Of a stretch of DNA of 64,000 bases, positions 46,247-60,800 are shown piece after piece. Each line of letters opens with the position of its first letter. The stretch's first letter is position 1. The position numbers and the translations under genes are program-made. The DNA comes from the human T2T-CHM13v2.0 reference genome, Homo sapiens. Under the pieces are notes generated by a model. That model saw only the letters and a list, made by a program, of their open reading frames with translations, was not told the DNA's origin and ran no database searches. The stretch lies in the NCBI GenBank assembly GCA_009914755.4, contig CP086569.2:1216001-1280000 (forward strand), read 5' to 3'.

Positions 46247-47324
46247 CTAGCAGACACTGAAGGGAGAGGGAGAGGAACAAGCCCCAGGGACCCTTTATCC
46301 GACTTCCTTCCACCTGGGGGACTCCCTCCACGGGCCCTTGCTTTAAGGGCAAATGGCGAGGGCACCAGAACACAGGGAGGCCATGCCGGAGGTCCCTGCT
46401 GCAACCATGCGGCCCCCCAGCTCACTCCCAGCAGCCAAGACGAAGGGGGGCCTGGGCTCCCCCTAGGGCAGGCGCCTCTGATTCTCTCCACCGAGAGGCA
46501 CCTCCCATGCCGGCCTCTTCCTGGGGTGACTCCCAGAACCTTCTTGGACCCATGAACATTTCAATCTGGGGTGGGGCCTTCCCTGGGCATCCAAGTGGTG
46601 GGAATCTGTCCCTAGCCCCTAGAACTCCTGGAGGGCTGGGCCCACCTCTGTCTGCATCCCGTCCCCATTCCCCGCCCCGGGTGGCAGGGGCTGGAGAGGA
46701 AGGAGCTTCAGGCTTGAAAACCATCAAAGCAGGTTTCTTCCGAGATGGCCAGTGGTCACCTGAGATGGAGCAGAGAGCACCTGTGGCGGGCATCTTCTCT
46801 AGAAGCCGCCTGTGAGCCCTACGGAGGCCCTGGGCTTCGTGCCGTAAGACAGACGGTGTCCTGCAGGTACGTGGGGGAACCCTGTAGGCAGGGACTTTGC
46901 CTGCTTTCTCAGAACAGGACAGAGGAGTTTGGCTGGGGCAGCCCGAGGTGACCGGGATGCTGTCGCCCCAGCTCTGGGCCAGGCTGATGTGGGAAGGGAG
47001 GAAGGAGGGACAGTTACGGGCCAGGCTGACGTGGGAAGGGAGGGAGGAGGGAGGTAGGAGGGACAGAGGCCTGGCTGCTCTGCAGGGCTGGGCTCCGTGG
47101 CATCTCCTGGTGGCTGTCAGGTCCTGCCTGGCCCCACGCTGAGGCCAGTGTGATGGAGGGGCCTGGAAGCCTCATCCTTCTTGATTGCCACGCGGTGAGG
47201 GCCACAGGCATGCGCCACCGCACTGGACTCCCCCTTTCATCATCAAAGCCAAATTTTCTTCTTGTTTCATCTAGGCCTCCCATGGAGACACCATGTGTGA
47301 TTGTAAAAAAAAAAAAAAAATGAG

Positions 47325-47900
<576 letters not shown>

Positions 47901-48272
47901 AAAAAAAAACGGAGTCTGTCCAGAATTATACACAGTCACCTGTGCCAGGTAACAACCCTTCAGTCAACAACGGCCTTCCTAGACAGCGGAGGTCCCAGGA
48001 GATGGTAATACAGTAGTTTTCGTGTGCCTTTATTTGTAGACACACAAATCCCTACCATTGTATTACAGCAGCCTGCAGCACTGGGCACACTCACCTGCTG
48101 TCCAGGTTTGTAGCCCGGGAGCCTGGGGCCCTGCCGCACAGCCCAGGTGAGTAGCAGGCTGTATGTGCCACGGCGGTATGTGTGAGTGCACCCCGTGATG
48201 GGCACACAAAGAGAATTGCCTAAGGATGCATTTCCCGAAACAGGTCCCTGTCATTCAGTGACACACGTGACT

Positions 48273-48298
48273 GTGTGTGTGTGTGTGTGTGTGTGCGC
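48273..48298. repeat. (GT)n dinucleotide microsatellite
   Basis: gtgtgtgtgtgtgtgtgtgtgtgcgcac. Confidence 0.9.
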
Positions 48299-48429
48299 AC
48301 AGATGGGTGTGTATGTGTATGTATACACACCTGAACACTCACACCTCTACACACGTGCCTGTACACGGATAGAACACATAATTTACAGAATTTATGGAAC
48401 ACATAATTTATATTACATAAAATATATAG

Positions 48430-48735
<306 letters not shown>

Positions 48736-48904
48736 GCACCCAGCCTATTTCAGCTGTTTTCTTAAAGCACAAAGCAACCTACACATTCTTTTGTGATACC
48801 AGGCCACTGTAAGGGTGGAGCAGCATGTGACTTTGGTGTTATTGAGATCATCCGTGACCATTGCAGAAAACCACTCCCATCTGTGCAGTGAGCACCTTGA
48901 AATA

Positions 48905-49340
48905 GGCCGCCCAGGAGGCAGAGGGTGCACCTTGAAATTGGGCTAGGAGGCGGAGCTTGCGCCTTGAAATAGGCCGCCCGGGAGGCGGGGCTTGCACCTT
49001 GAAATAGGCCGCCCAGAAGGCGGGGTTGCACCTTGAAATAGGCCACCCAGGAGGCGGGGCTTGCCCCTTGAAATAGGCCGCCCAGGAGGCGGGGTTGCAC
49101 CTTGAAATAGGCTGCCTGGGAGGCAGAGCTCGCACCTTGATATAGGCCGCCCAGGAGGCAGGGCTTGCCCCTTGAAATAGGCCGCCCGGGAGGTGGGGTT
49201 GCACCTTGAAACAGGCCGCCTGGGAGGCGGAGCTTGCACCTTGTAATAGGCCGCCCGGGAGGCGGGGCTTGCACCTTGAAATAGGCCTAGAAGGTGGGGC
49301 TTCCACCTTGAAATAGGCCGCCCAGGAGGCGGAGTTTGCA
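48905..49340. repeat. 35-bp minisatellite, about 12 copies (ccttgaaataggccgcccaggaggcggggcttgca), merging into an Alu fragment
   Basis: Measured spacing of ttgaaatagg anchors is 35 bp. The terminal copy continues into Alu sequence ggaggcggaggttgcagtgagccgagattgc. Confidence 0.85.
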
Positions 49341-50229
49341 CCTTGAAATAGACTGCCCAGGAGGCGGAGGTTGCAGTGAGCCGAGATTGCATTATTGTAC
49401 TCCAGTCTGGGTAAGAAGAGCTAAACTCCAGAGTCTGTCTCAGAAAAAGGAAAACAGCTGAAATATAGGAGACTGACGCCCAGCCCAGGAACAGGTAAGC
49501 TGGGTGCACGCGCCGTGAAAACAGCACCTAGGCCTGCTCCGGTTCTCGCTTTGCAGATGCCTCCTGAACCTCAGTGCCTCCTAAGGTCAAGGCTGTGAGT
49601 TAAAGGGCTCCACCCCAGCCCAGCCCCAGGTTGGCCCAGCCATTCCCTGGTGGAGGGGCCAGGGAGGAAAGGGGGCTGTGTGGGCACCAGAGGGTGAACT
49701 GAGGTCTGAGGGTCGGGACACAGGCCGGGAACAGCAGCTGGGAGCGGAGCACGGGGGAAACGTGGATGCGCTGAGCTCCCTACAACCGCAGTGAGCATGT
49801 GCCCAGGAGGGCCTCACGGGGTGGGTGTGAGTCTGGCCTGCCTGGGCTCGGGGTGGGGGGTGTTTACAGACGCATTTCAGCCCCGCAGCAGGGGCTGGGG
49901 AGGTCCCGCTCGTGACAGTCTCTGCACCAAGGCAGGAGAGATGGAAGCCGCCCAGAGAACTGCCACTCCATAGCCTGTGGGCATCCAGGGGTGAGCGGCA
50001 GCGATGGCGCCCCATGGAGGAAACACACTGGAAATCGTGCAGAAGATGGGAAGATGCAGGCTGGAGTGCGGAGAAGGACTGAGACCCTGCCTGGTAGACG
50101 GCACCGTCACAGCAGCCGTCTGCCTGCTAGGAGGTAGGAGAAAGCCCTGTCCCCACCGCCCTCCCCGGGAGTCCCCACTGGCTACTCTGGAAGGCTGCTG
50201 GTTCCCAGAACATCCGTGGGCTGAACAGT

Positions 50230-50930
50230 TATTCCTGGCTGTCCCTCCGTCCCCTCCTCCCCGAATGCAGCCTCCATCTCCTCCTCTAAAAATGCAGCCT
50301 CCATCCCCTCCTCCCCCAATTCAGCCTCCGTCCCCTCCTCCCTGAATGCAGCCTCCTTCCCCCCTCCCAAAATTCAGCCTCTGTCCCCACTCCCCAAATA
50401 CAGCCTCTTTCCCTTCCTCCCCCAATACAGCTTCCTTCCCAAAAGCAGCCTCCTTTCCCTCCTCCTCCCCAAATGCAGCCTCCTTCCCCCTCCCAAAATG
50501 CAGCCTCTGTCCCCACTCCCCAAATGCAGCCTCCTTCCCCTCCTCCCCAAATGCAGCCTCTGTCCCCCTCCCCAAATGCCACCTCCTTCCCCCCTCCCCA
50601 AATGCAGCCTCTTCCCCTCCTCCCCGAATGCAGCCTCCTTCCCCCCTCCCCAAATGCAGCCTCTTCCCCTCCTCCCCGAATGCAGCCTCCTTCCCCTCCT
50701 CCCCGAATGCAGCCTCCTTCCCCTCCTCCCCGAATGCAGCCTCCATCCTCTCCTCCCCGAATGCAGCCTCCTGTCCTCCCCAAATGCAGCCTCTGTCCCC
50801 CCCTCCCCAAATGCCGTCTCCTTCCCCTCCTCCCCAAATGCAGCCTCTGTCTCCTCCTTCCCAAAAGCAGCCTCCTTCCCCCACTCCCCAAATGCAGCCT
50901 CTGTCTCCTCCTCCCTAAATGCAGCCGTCT
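50230..50930. repeat. 30-bp VNTR, about 23 copies (CCTCCTCCCCGAATGCAGCCTCCTTCCCCT variants)
   Basis: Regular 28-30-bp recurrence of aatgcagcctcc. Begins about 50 bp beyond the inferred ASMTL poly(A) signal. Confidence 0.9.
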
Positions 50931-50978
50931 CCCTCATCAAAACCCCTATGGAGGAGGCAGAGACAGGCTTTTGCTTTC

Positions 50979-50984
50979 TTTATT
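50979..50984 (-). terminator. ASMTL: polyadenylation signal AATAAA for ASMTL
   Basis: Plus-strand tttatt at 50979-50984, about 110 nt 3' of the ASMTL stop codon on minus. Confidence 0.5.
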
Positions 50985-51093
50985 CAGTCACGACTACACG
51001 CTCCTATGTGACTGTCCTATGGTACTTGGGGACCGGGCGGTCCACCTGCAGCCTGGGGGAGGACATCCCTATAATGAACATGCTGCCTGGGCT

Positions 51094-51315
51094 TCAGGGG
51101 GCCACTTTGGTGGCCAAGATGGCATCCAGGACACCCCCCAAGTGCACCACCTGCACCTGGTGGAAGCCGTGCAGCTCCAGCAAGCACTGATACTCGCCCA
51201 GGCTCCGCTCCTTGCCTTCAGTCTGCACCAGCATGTTCAGTGACTGCATCAGGGCGCGCTGCGCCACCCTCTTCTCCTCATCCAGGAGCGTCTCCACCAG
51301 CAGCAGGCCGGCCCC
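51094..51315 (-). CDS. ASMTL: ASMTL last coding exon, (G)AGLLLVETLLDEEKRVAQRALMQSLNMLVQTEGKERSLGEYQCLLELHGFHQVQVVHLGGVLDAILATKVAP*
   Basis: Clear homology to the C-terminus of acetylserotonin O-methyltransferase (…SLNMLVQTEG…YDAILA…). Minus-strand acceptor ccctcag at 51322-51316. Stop TGA at 51094-51096. ASMTL is expected centromeric of SLC25A6 on the same strand (recollection). Confidence 0.85.
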   Translation of the reverse strand, partial: GAGLLLVETLLDEEKRVAQRALMQSLNMLVQTEGKERSLGEYQCLLELHGFHQVQVVHLGGVLDAILATKVAP

Positions 51316-51524
51316 TGAGGGAGACAGCAGAGAGCTGGAGTCCTGGCCAGCCAGGCGGGGATCCTTCAGCAGGACACAGGGGACACAGCAGGCAACAGGA
51401 GCTCAGAACGGTGAGCAGAGGCTGCTGAGAACCCTTGGCCAGGGGGCCCACACAGGTAGGGGAGGGGAGAGAGACAGAGACTTGATGCAGGGCGGACAGA
51501 CAGGGAGAAGGAGATTTGATCGAA

Positions 51525-54500
51525 AGATGGATGGATAGATGGATGCATCACCTGGGCCTTTTCCGGTTCTCCTGGATGCATGGATGAACAGATGGTAGAT
51601 GATGGGTGGGTAGGTAGGTAGAAAGATGTATGGATAGGTGGACGCATGGATGAGAAGGATGGATGGATGAACAGATGGTAAGTGATGGGGAGGTACATGG
51701 ATGGATGGATAGATGGATGCATGTATGAGATGGATGGATGGGTGAATAGATGGTAGATGATGGGTAGGTAGGTAGATGAGTGGATGGACAGATGGATGCA
51801 TGGATGTGATGGATGGATGGGTGAATAGATGGTACATGATGGGCAGGTAGACGGATGGATAGATGGATGCATGGACGAGATGGATGGATGGGTGAATAGA
51901 TGGTACATGATGGGTAGGTAGGAAGATGAATAGATGGGTGCATGGATGAGATGGATGGTTGGGTGAATAGATGGTAGATGATGGGTACGTAGGTAGATGG
52001 ATGGATAGATGGATGCATGGATGAGATGGATGGGTGAATAGATGGTAGATGATGGGTAGGTAGGTAGATGAATGGATGGATAGATGGATGCATGGATGAG
52101 ATGGATGGATGGATGGGTGAATAGATGGTAGATCATGGGTACATAGATAGATGAATGGATGGATAGATGAATGCATGGATGAGATGGATGGGTGAATAGA
52201 TGGTAGATGATGGGTAGGTAGGTGGATGGATGGATGGATGGATGCAGGCATGGATGAGATGGATGGATGGGTGAATAGATGGGTAGGTAGGTAGATAGAT
52301 GGATGTATAGATGGATGGATGGATGGGTGAATAGATAGTAGATGATGGTTAGGTAAGTAGGTAGATGAATGGATGGATAGATGGATGCATGCATGAGATG
52401 GATGGATGGGTGTATAGATGATAGATGATGGGTAGGTAGGTAGACGAATGGACGGATAGATGGATGCATGGATGAGATGGATGGATGGGTGAATAGATGG
52501 TAGATGATGGGTAGGTAGATAGATGAATGGATGGACAGATGGATGCATGGATGAGATGGATGGATGGGTGAATAGATGGTACATGATGGACAGGTAGATA
52601 GATGAATGGATGGATATATGGATGTATGGATGAGATGGATGGATGGGTGAATAGATGGTAGCTGATGGATAGGTAGGAAGATGAATAGTTGGATGCATGG
52701 ATGAGATGGATGGTTGGGTGAATAGATGGTAGCTGATGGGTACGTAGGTAGATGTATGGATGGATAGATGGATGCATGGATGAGAGGGATGGATGGGTGA
52801 ATAGATGGTAGATGATGGGTAGGTAGATGAGTGGATGGATAGATGGATGAATGGATGAATAGATGGTAGATGATGGGTACGTAGATAGATGAATGGATGG
52901 ATAGATGGATGCATGGATGAGATGGATGGATGAGTGAACAGATGGTAGATTATGCGTAGGTAGGTAGATGAATAGATGGGTGCATGGATGAGATGGATGG
53001 TTGGGTGAATAGATGGTAGATGATGGGTACGTAGATAGATGAATGGATGGATAGATGGATGGATGGGTGAACAGATGGTAGATGATGGGTACGTAGATAG
53101 ATGAGTGGATGGATAGATGGATGTGATGGATGGGTGAATAGATGGTAGATGATGGATCGTTAGGTGGATGGATAGATGGAGGCATGGATGAGATGGATGG
53201 ATGGGTGAATAGGTAGGTAGGTAGATAGATGGATGTATAGATGGATGCATGGATGTGATGGATGGATGGGTGAATAGATAGTAGATGATGGTTAGGTAGG
53301 TAGATGAGTGGATAGATAGATGGATGCATGCATGAGATGGATGGGTGTATAGATGATGGGTAGGTAGGTGGATGGATGGATAGATGGATGCATGCATGAG
53401 ATGGATGGATGGGTGAATAGATGGTAGATGATGGGTAGGTAGATAGATGAATGGATGGATAGATGGATGCATGGATGAGATGGATGGATGGGTGAATAGA
53501 TGGTACATGATGGGCAGGTAGATAGATGAATGGATGGATATATGGATGTATGGATGAGATGGATGGATGGGTGAATAGATGGTAGATGATGGGTAGGTAG
53601 GAAGATGAATAGATGGATGCATGGATGAGATGGATGGTTGGGTGAATAGATGGTAGCTGATGGGTACATAGGTAGATGGATGGATGGATAGATGGATGCA
53701 TGGATGAGATGGATGGGTGAATAGATGGTAGATGATGGGTAGGTAGATGAGTGGATGGATGGATGAATGGATGAGTAGATGGTAGATGATGGGTACGTAG
53801 ATAGATGAATGGATGGATAGATGGATGTATGGATGTGATGGATGGGTGAATAGATGGTAGACGATGGGTAGGTAGGTGGATGGATAGATGGAGGCATGGA
53901 TGAGATGGATGGATGGGTGAATAAATGGGTGGGTAGGTAGGTAGGTAGATGGATGTATAGATGGATGCATGGATGAGATGGATGGATGGCTGAATAGATG
54001 GTAGATGATGGGTAGATAGATGAATGGATGGATGAGATGGATGGATGGGTGAATAGATGGTAGATGATGGGTAGGTAGGAAGATGAATAGATGGGTGCAT
54101 GGATGAGATGGATGGTTGGGTGAATAGATGGTAGATGATGGGTAGGTAGGTAGATGGATGGATGGATTCATGGATGAGATGGATGGATAGGTGAATAGAT
54201 GGTAGATGATGGGTAGGTAGGTAGATGAATGGATGGATAGATGGATGCATGGATGAGATGGATGGAGGGATGGGTGAATAGATGGTAGATGATGGGTACG
54301 TAGATAGATGAGTGGATGGATAGATGGATGTATGGATGTGATGGATGCTTGAATAGATGGTAGATGATGGGTAGGTAGGTGGATGGATGGATGGATAGAT
54401 GGCATGGATGAGATGGATGTATGGGTGAATAGATGGGTAGGTAGGTAGATGGATGCATGGATGTGATGGATGGATGGGTGAATAGATAGTAGATGATGGT

Positions 54501-55410
54501 TAAGTAGGTAGATGAATGGATGGATAGATGGATGCATGCATGAGATGGATGGATTAGTGAATAGATGGTAGATGATGGGTAGGTAGGTAGATGAATGGAT
54601 AGATACATGGATGCATGCATGAGATGGATGGATGGGTGAATAGATAATAGATGATGGGTAGGTAGATGAATGGATGGATAGATGGGTGCATGGAACAGAT
54701 GGATGGATGGGTGAATAGATGGTAGATGATGGGTACATAGATAGATGAATAGATGGATGCATGGATGAGATGGATGGGTGAATAGATAGTAGATGATGGG
54801 TAGGTAGATGAATGGATGGATAGATGCATGGATTGGATGGATGGGTGAATAGATGGTAGATGATGGGTAGGTAGATGGATGGATGGATGGATGCATGCAT
54901 GGATGAGATGGATGGGTGAACTGATGGTAGATGATGGGTAGATGGATGGATGGATGGGTGAACTGATGGTAGATGATGGGTAGGTAGATAGATGAATGGA
55001 TGTATATAGATGGATGCATGGATGAGATGGATGGCTGGGTGAATAGATGGTAGATGATGGGTAGGTAGGTAGATGGATGGATGGATAGATGGATGCATGG
55101 ATGAGATGGATGGATGGCTGAATAGATGGTACATGATGGGCAGGTAGATGAATGGATGGATAGATGGATGAGATGGATGGGTGTATTGATGGTAGGTGAT
55201 GGGCAGGTAGGTAGATGAATGGATGGATATAGATGGATGCATTCATGAGATGGATGGATGGGTGAATAGATGGTAGATGATAGGTAGATAGATGAATAGA
55301 TGGATAGATGGATGCATGGATGAGATGGATGGATGGGTGAATATATGGTAGATGATGGGTAGGTAGATGATGGATGGATGGATAGATAATAAATGATAGA
55401 CAGATGACAG
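51525..55410 (+). repeat. 3.9-kb GGAT/GATA-type satellite, roughly 72-80-bp higher-order unit (gatggatggatgggtgaatagatggtagatgatgggtaggtaggtagatgaatggatggatagatggatgcatggatga), about 50 copies
   Basis: Measured spacing of gggtgaatagatgg anchors is 71-79 bp. Lies in the last intron of ASMTL between exons at 51315 and 59111. Same strand polarity as the 43440-44262 block. Confidence 0.95.
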
Positions 55411-55898
55411 GTGACGGAGCATTGTTAGAAGGCCAGACGCAGTGGCTCACACCTGTAATCGCAGCACTTTGGGAGGCAGAGGTGGGAGGATGGTTTGAGC
55501 CCAGGAGTTTGAAACCAACCTGAGCAACATAGTGAGACCCTGTCTCTATTTTATTTTTTTTAAAAAAGGATGATAGATGTATAAAGAGAGACAGAGACAG
55601 GGTGGAGAGAGGGAGGAAGAGACAGAGAAGATAAAGGAGGAAGGAGGAGAGAAGAGAAACAGAGATTGATGATGATAGATGAGATACCTAAAAAGACACA
55701 GAGAGGAGGAGACAGAGAGGAAGAGGGAGAAGAGAGAGAAAGAGAGACAGAGGCCGGGTGCAGTGGCTCATGTCTTTAACCCCAGCATTTTGGGAGGCTG
55801 AGGCAGGAGGATCGCTTGAGCCCAGGAAGGGTAGCCTGGGCAACATCGCAAGATCCCATCTCTACAAAATTTAAAAAACCCTAACAGGGCATGATAAC

Positions 55899-56738
55899 AA
55901 ATGCTGGTACTCCCAAATACTCGGGAGGCTGAGGCAGGAGGATCGCTTGAGCGCAGGAGGTCAAGGCTGCAGTGAACTATGATGACAACACTGCCCTCCA
56001 GCCAAATGCTGGTACTCCCAAATACTCGGGAGGCTGAGGCAGGAGGATCGCTTGAGCCCAGGAGGTCAAGGCTGCAGTGAACTATGATGACAACACTGCC
56101 CTCCAGCCAAATGCTGGTACTCCCAAATACTCGGGAGGCTGAGGCAGGAGGATCGCTTGAGCCCAGGAGGTCAAGGCTGCAGTGAACTATGATGACAACA
56201 CTGCCCTCCAGCCAAATGCTGGTACTCCCAAATACTCGGGAGGCTGAGGCAGGAGGATCGCTTGAGCCCAGGAGGTCAAGGCTGCAGTGAACTATGATGA
56301 CAACACTGCCCTCCAGCCAAATGCTGGTACTCCCAAATACTCGGGAGGCTGAGGCAGGAGGATCGCTTGAGCCCAGGAGGTCAAGGCTGCAGTGAACTAT
56401 GATGACAACACTGCCCTCCAGCCAAATGCTGGTACTCCCAAATACTCGGGAGGCTGAGGCAGGAGGATCGCTTGAGCCCAGGAGGTCAAGGCTGCAGTGA
56501 ACTATGATGACAACACTGCCCTCCAGCCAAATGCTGCTACTCCCAAATACTCGGGAGGCTGAGGCAGGAGGATCGCTTGAGCCCAGGAGGTCAAGGCTGC
56601 AGTGAACTATGATGACAACACTGCCCTCCAGCCAAATGCTGGTACTCCCAAATACTCGGGAGGCTGAGGCAGGAGGATCGCTTGAGCCCAGGAGGTCAAG
56701 GCTGCAGTGAACTATGATGACAACACTGCACTCCAGCC
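55899..56738. repeat. 105-bp tandem repeat x8 derived from an Alu right-arm fragment (caaatgctggtactcccaaatactcgggaggctgaggcaggaggatcgcttgagcccaggaggtcaaggctgcagtgaactatgatgacaacactgccctccagc)
   Basis: Anchors gccaaatgct at 56001, 56106, 56211 and onward, spaced exactly 105 bp. Copies are more than 98% identical. Confidence 0.95.
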
Positions 56739-56774
56739 TGGGTGACAGAGGGGGACTCCTATCTCCACAAAAAA

Positions 56775-57540
56775 CTTTTTTTTTTTTTTCTGAGACGGAG
56801 TCTTGCTGTGTTGCCCAGGCTGGAGTGCAGTGGCGCGATCTCTGCTCACTGCAACCTTCGCCTCCCAAGTTCAAGTGATGTCCTCTCTCAGCCTCCTGAG
56901 TAGCTAGAATTAGAGGCGTGCACCACTACGCCGGGCTAATTTTTGTATTTTTAGTAGAGGCGGGGTTTCACCACGTGGCTTAGGCTGGTCTCGAACTCCT
57001 GACCTCGAGATCTGCCTGCTTTGGCCTCCCAAAGTGCTGGGATTACAGGTGTGAGCCACCGTGCCCGGTCTCAGAAAAAACTTCTTAAAAAATTAGCTGG
57101 GCATGGTGATGCATGCCTGTACTTCCAGCTACTCGGGAGGCTGAGGTGGGAGGACAGCTTGAGCCTAGGAGGTCAAGGCTGCAGTGAGTTGTGACTGCGC
57201 CACTGCACACCAGCCTGGGCAGCAGAGTGAGACCTCGTCTCAAAAAATATAATAGAGCCGGGCGAGGTGGCTCACGCCTGTAATCCCAACACTTTGGGAG
57301 TCCCAGCTGGGTGGATCACCTGAGGTTGGGAGTTCGAGACCAGCCTGACCAACATGGAGAAACCCTGTCTCTATTAAAAATAAAAAATTAGCCGGGCGTG
57401 GTGGTATGTGCCCGTAATCCAGCTACTCGGGAGGCTGAGGCAGGAGAATCACTTGAACCGTGGGGGTGGAGGTTACGGAGAGCCAAGATCGTGCCACTGC
57501 ACTCCAGCCTGGGCGACAGCGCAAGACTCCGTCTCAAAAA
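56775..57540. mobile_element. Alu cluster: antisense (56775-57075), sense fragment (57085-57245), sense (57258-57540)
   Basis: Canonical Alu termini as above. Confidence 0.85.
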
Positions 57541-58184
57541 AACAAAAGAAGAGAGATACACAGAGAAAGAGAGAAAGAAGGAGAGACAGAGGGAGAGAGA
57601 AGAATGGAAGTCTCTTGACCATTTGAGCCTATGGGGAGTCCTGTTTCAACGCGCAGGTGCCAGGCCCTGGCTCTGTGAAGATAATTAAGCGTTGTCTGCA
57701 AATATTCCAGGAATTCTCACTGGAGCAACAACGCTGAACTCTTGAGGGAGGCTGAGTGCCCGTCAGATTCCCTTAGGGCCAGCTGGTTCAACTGTGGAAA
57801 CCCAATATGCAGCCCTGGCCCGAACCCCTGGAGCCAGGGTTTCCAGCAGCCCCACTGGGCTCCAGGAGCAGCCTGGGTGGACGGGGGAGAAACCTGATGT
57901 GAAGGCTTTGAGCCGAGACGGTGCGTGCTGTGTGTGTGTGCACGTGTGTCTGCGTAGAAACACACAGATTAGATCCAGCTGACACTTCAGCAACACGGCT
58001 GTAAACTGCAGAGTCCACTCATGCGTGGATTTCCCTCTGCCTCGGCCACCCCTGAGACAGCAACACCAGCCCACGGCTTCCTCCTCTGCAGCCTCCTCAG
58101 TGTGAAGACCTCCTCAAATGAAGACCTTTATCATGAGCCACTTCAACTTCACGAATAGTAAATATATTTTCTCTTTAGGATTTT

Positions 58185-59054
<870 letters not shown>

Positions 59055-59110
59055 TGAACCCAAAATACTACGTCTTAACAAAAACAGCTAACCTGACGAT
59101 GGGCTCTCAC

Positions 59111-59233
59111 CTGGCTTGCAGCTCTCGGCGACCCTGCTGAGTAACTTGTGGACTTTGTCGTCTGGCCAGTCATGCAGGATCCGGCACAGGACGTACAGCT
59201 CAGCGCTGGGGAGGGGGTCCCTGAAAAAGTCAC
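59111..59233 (-). CDS. ASMTL: ASMTL penultimate coding exon, (G)DFFRDPLPSAELYVLCRILHDWPDDKVHKLLSRVAESCKP(G)
   Basis: ASMT-family O-methyltransferase motif (DFF.DPLP…LHDW…CKPG). Minus-strand acceptor aaaccag at 59240-59234 and donor gtgagag at 59110-59104. Phase joins the last exon (CCA G|GG). Confidence 0.85.
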
Positions 59234-59459
59234 CTGGTTTAAAGACAAAACGAGATACGTCCGTCAGGTATGGAAGAAGCAGTCCTCCCCGGACAGATCC
59301 TGGGACGGCCACCCGCATCCTAAATCAGGGACAGAGAAGAGAGGGGTGTGGGCGGGAATGGGTCTTCCTGAAGTACATCCCCGTGGGGACTTGAACAGAG
59401 CTCCATGAGGAGCTGGTTAGTGATGTCACGCCCGTGCGGTTTGACTCGGGCTGAGAAAA

Positions 59460-60700
<1,241 letters not shown>

Positions 60701-60800
60701 GAGGGGAAAGAAGGGGCGGGAGAGTGTGCGGTGGGAAGTCTCCAGAGCTGTTTTCCCCCAGCTGCGAGGAGAAGGTGCTCTTTCAGGGCTCATGATTTTA

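Noticed and set aside
51366-55450. Enormous minus-strand ORFs (up to 1279 aa; …[19 protein letters not shown]…) and matching plus-strand peptides
   Set aside because: Frame-open translations of the 3.9-kb GGAT/GATA satellite in an ASMTL intron. The periodicity equals the repeat unit.
55768-56874. 368-aa minus-strand ORF with exact 35-aa periodicity
   Set aside because: Product of the 105-bp (35 codons) Alu-derived tandem array. Not a gene.
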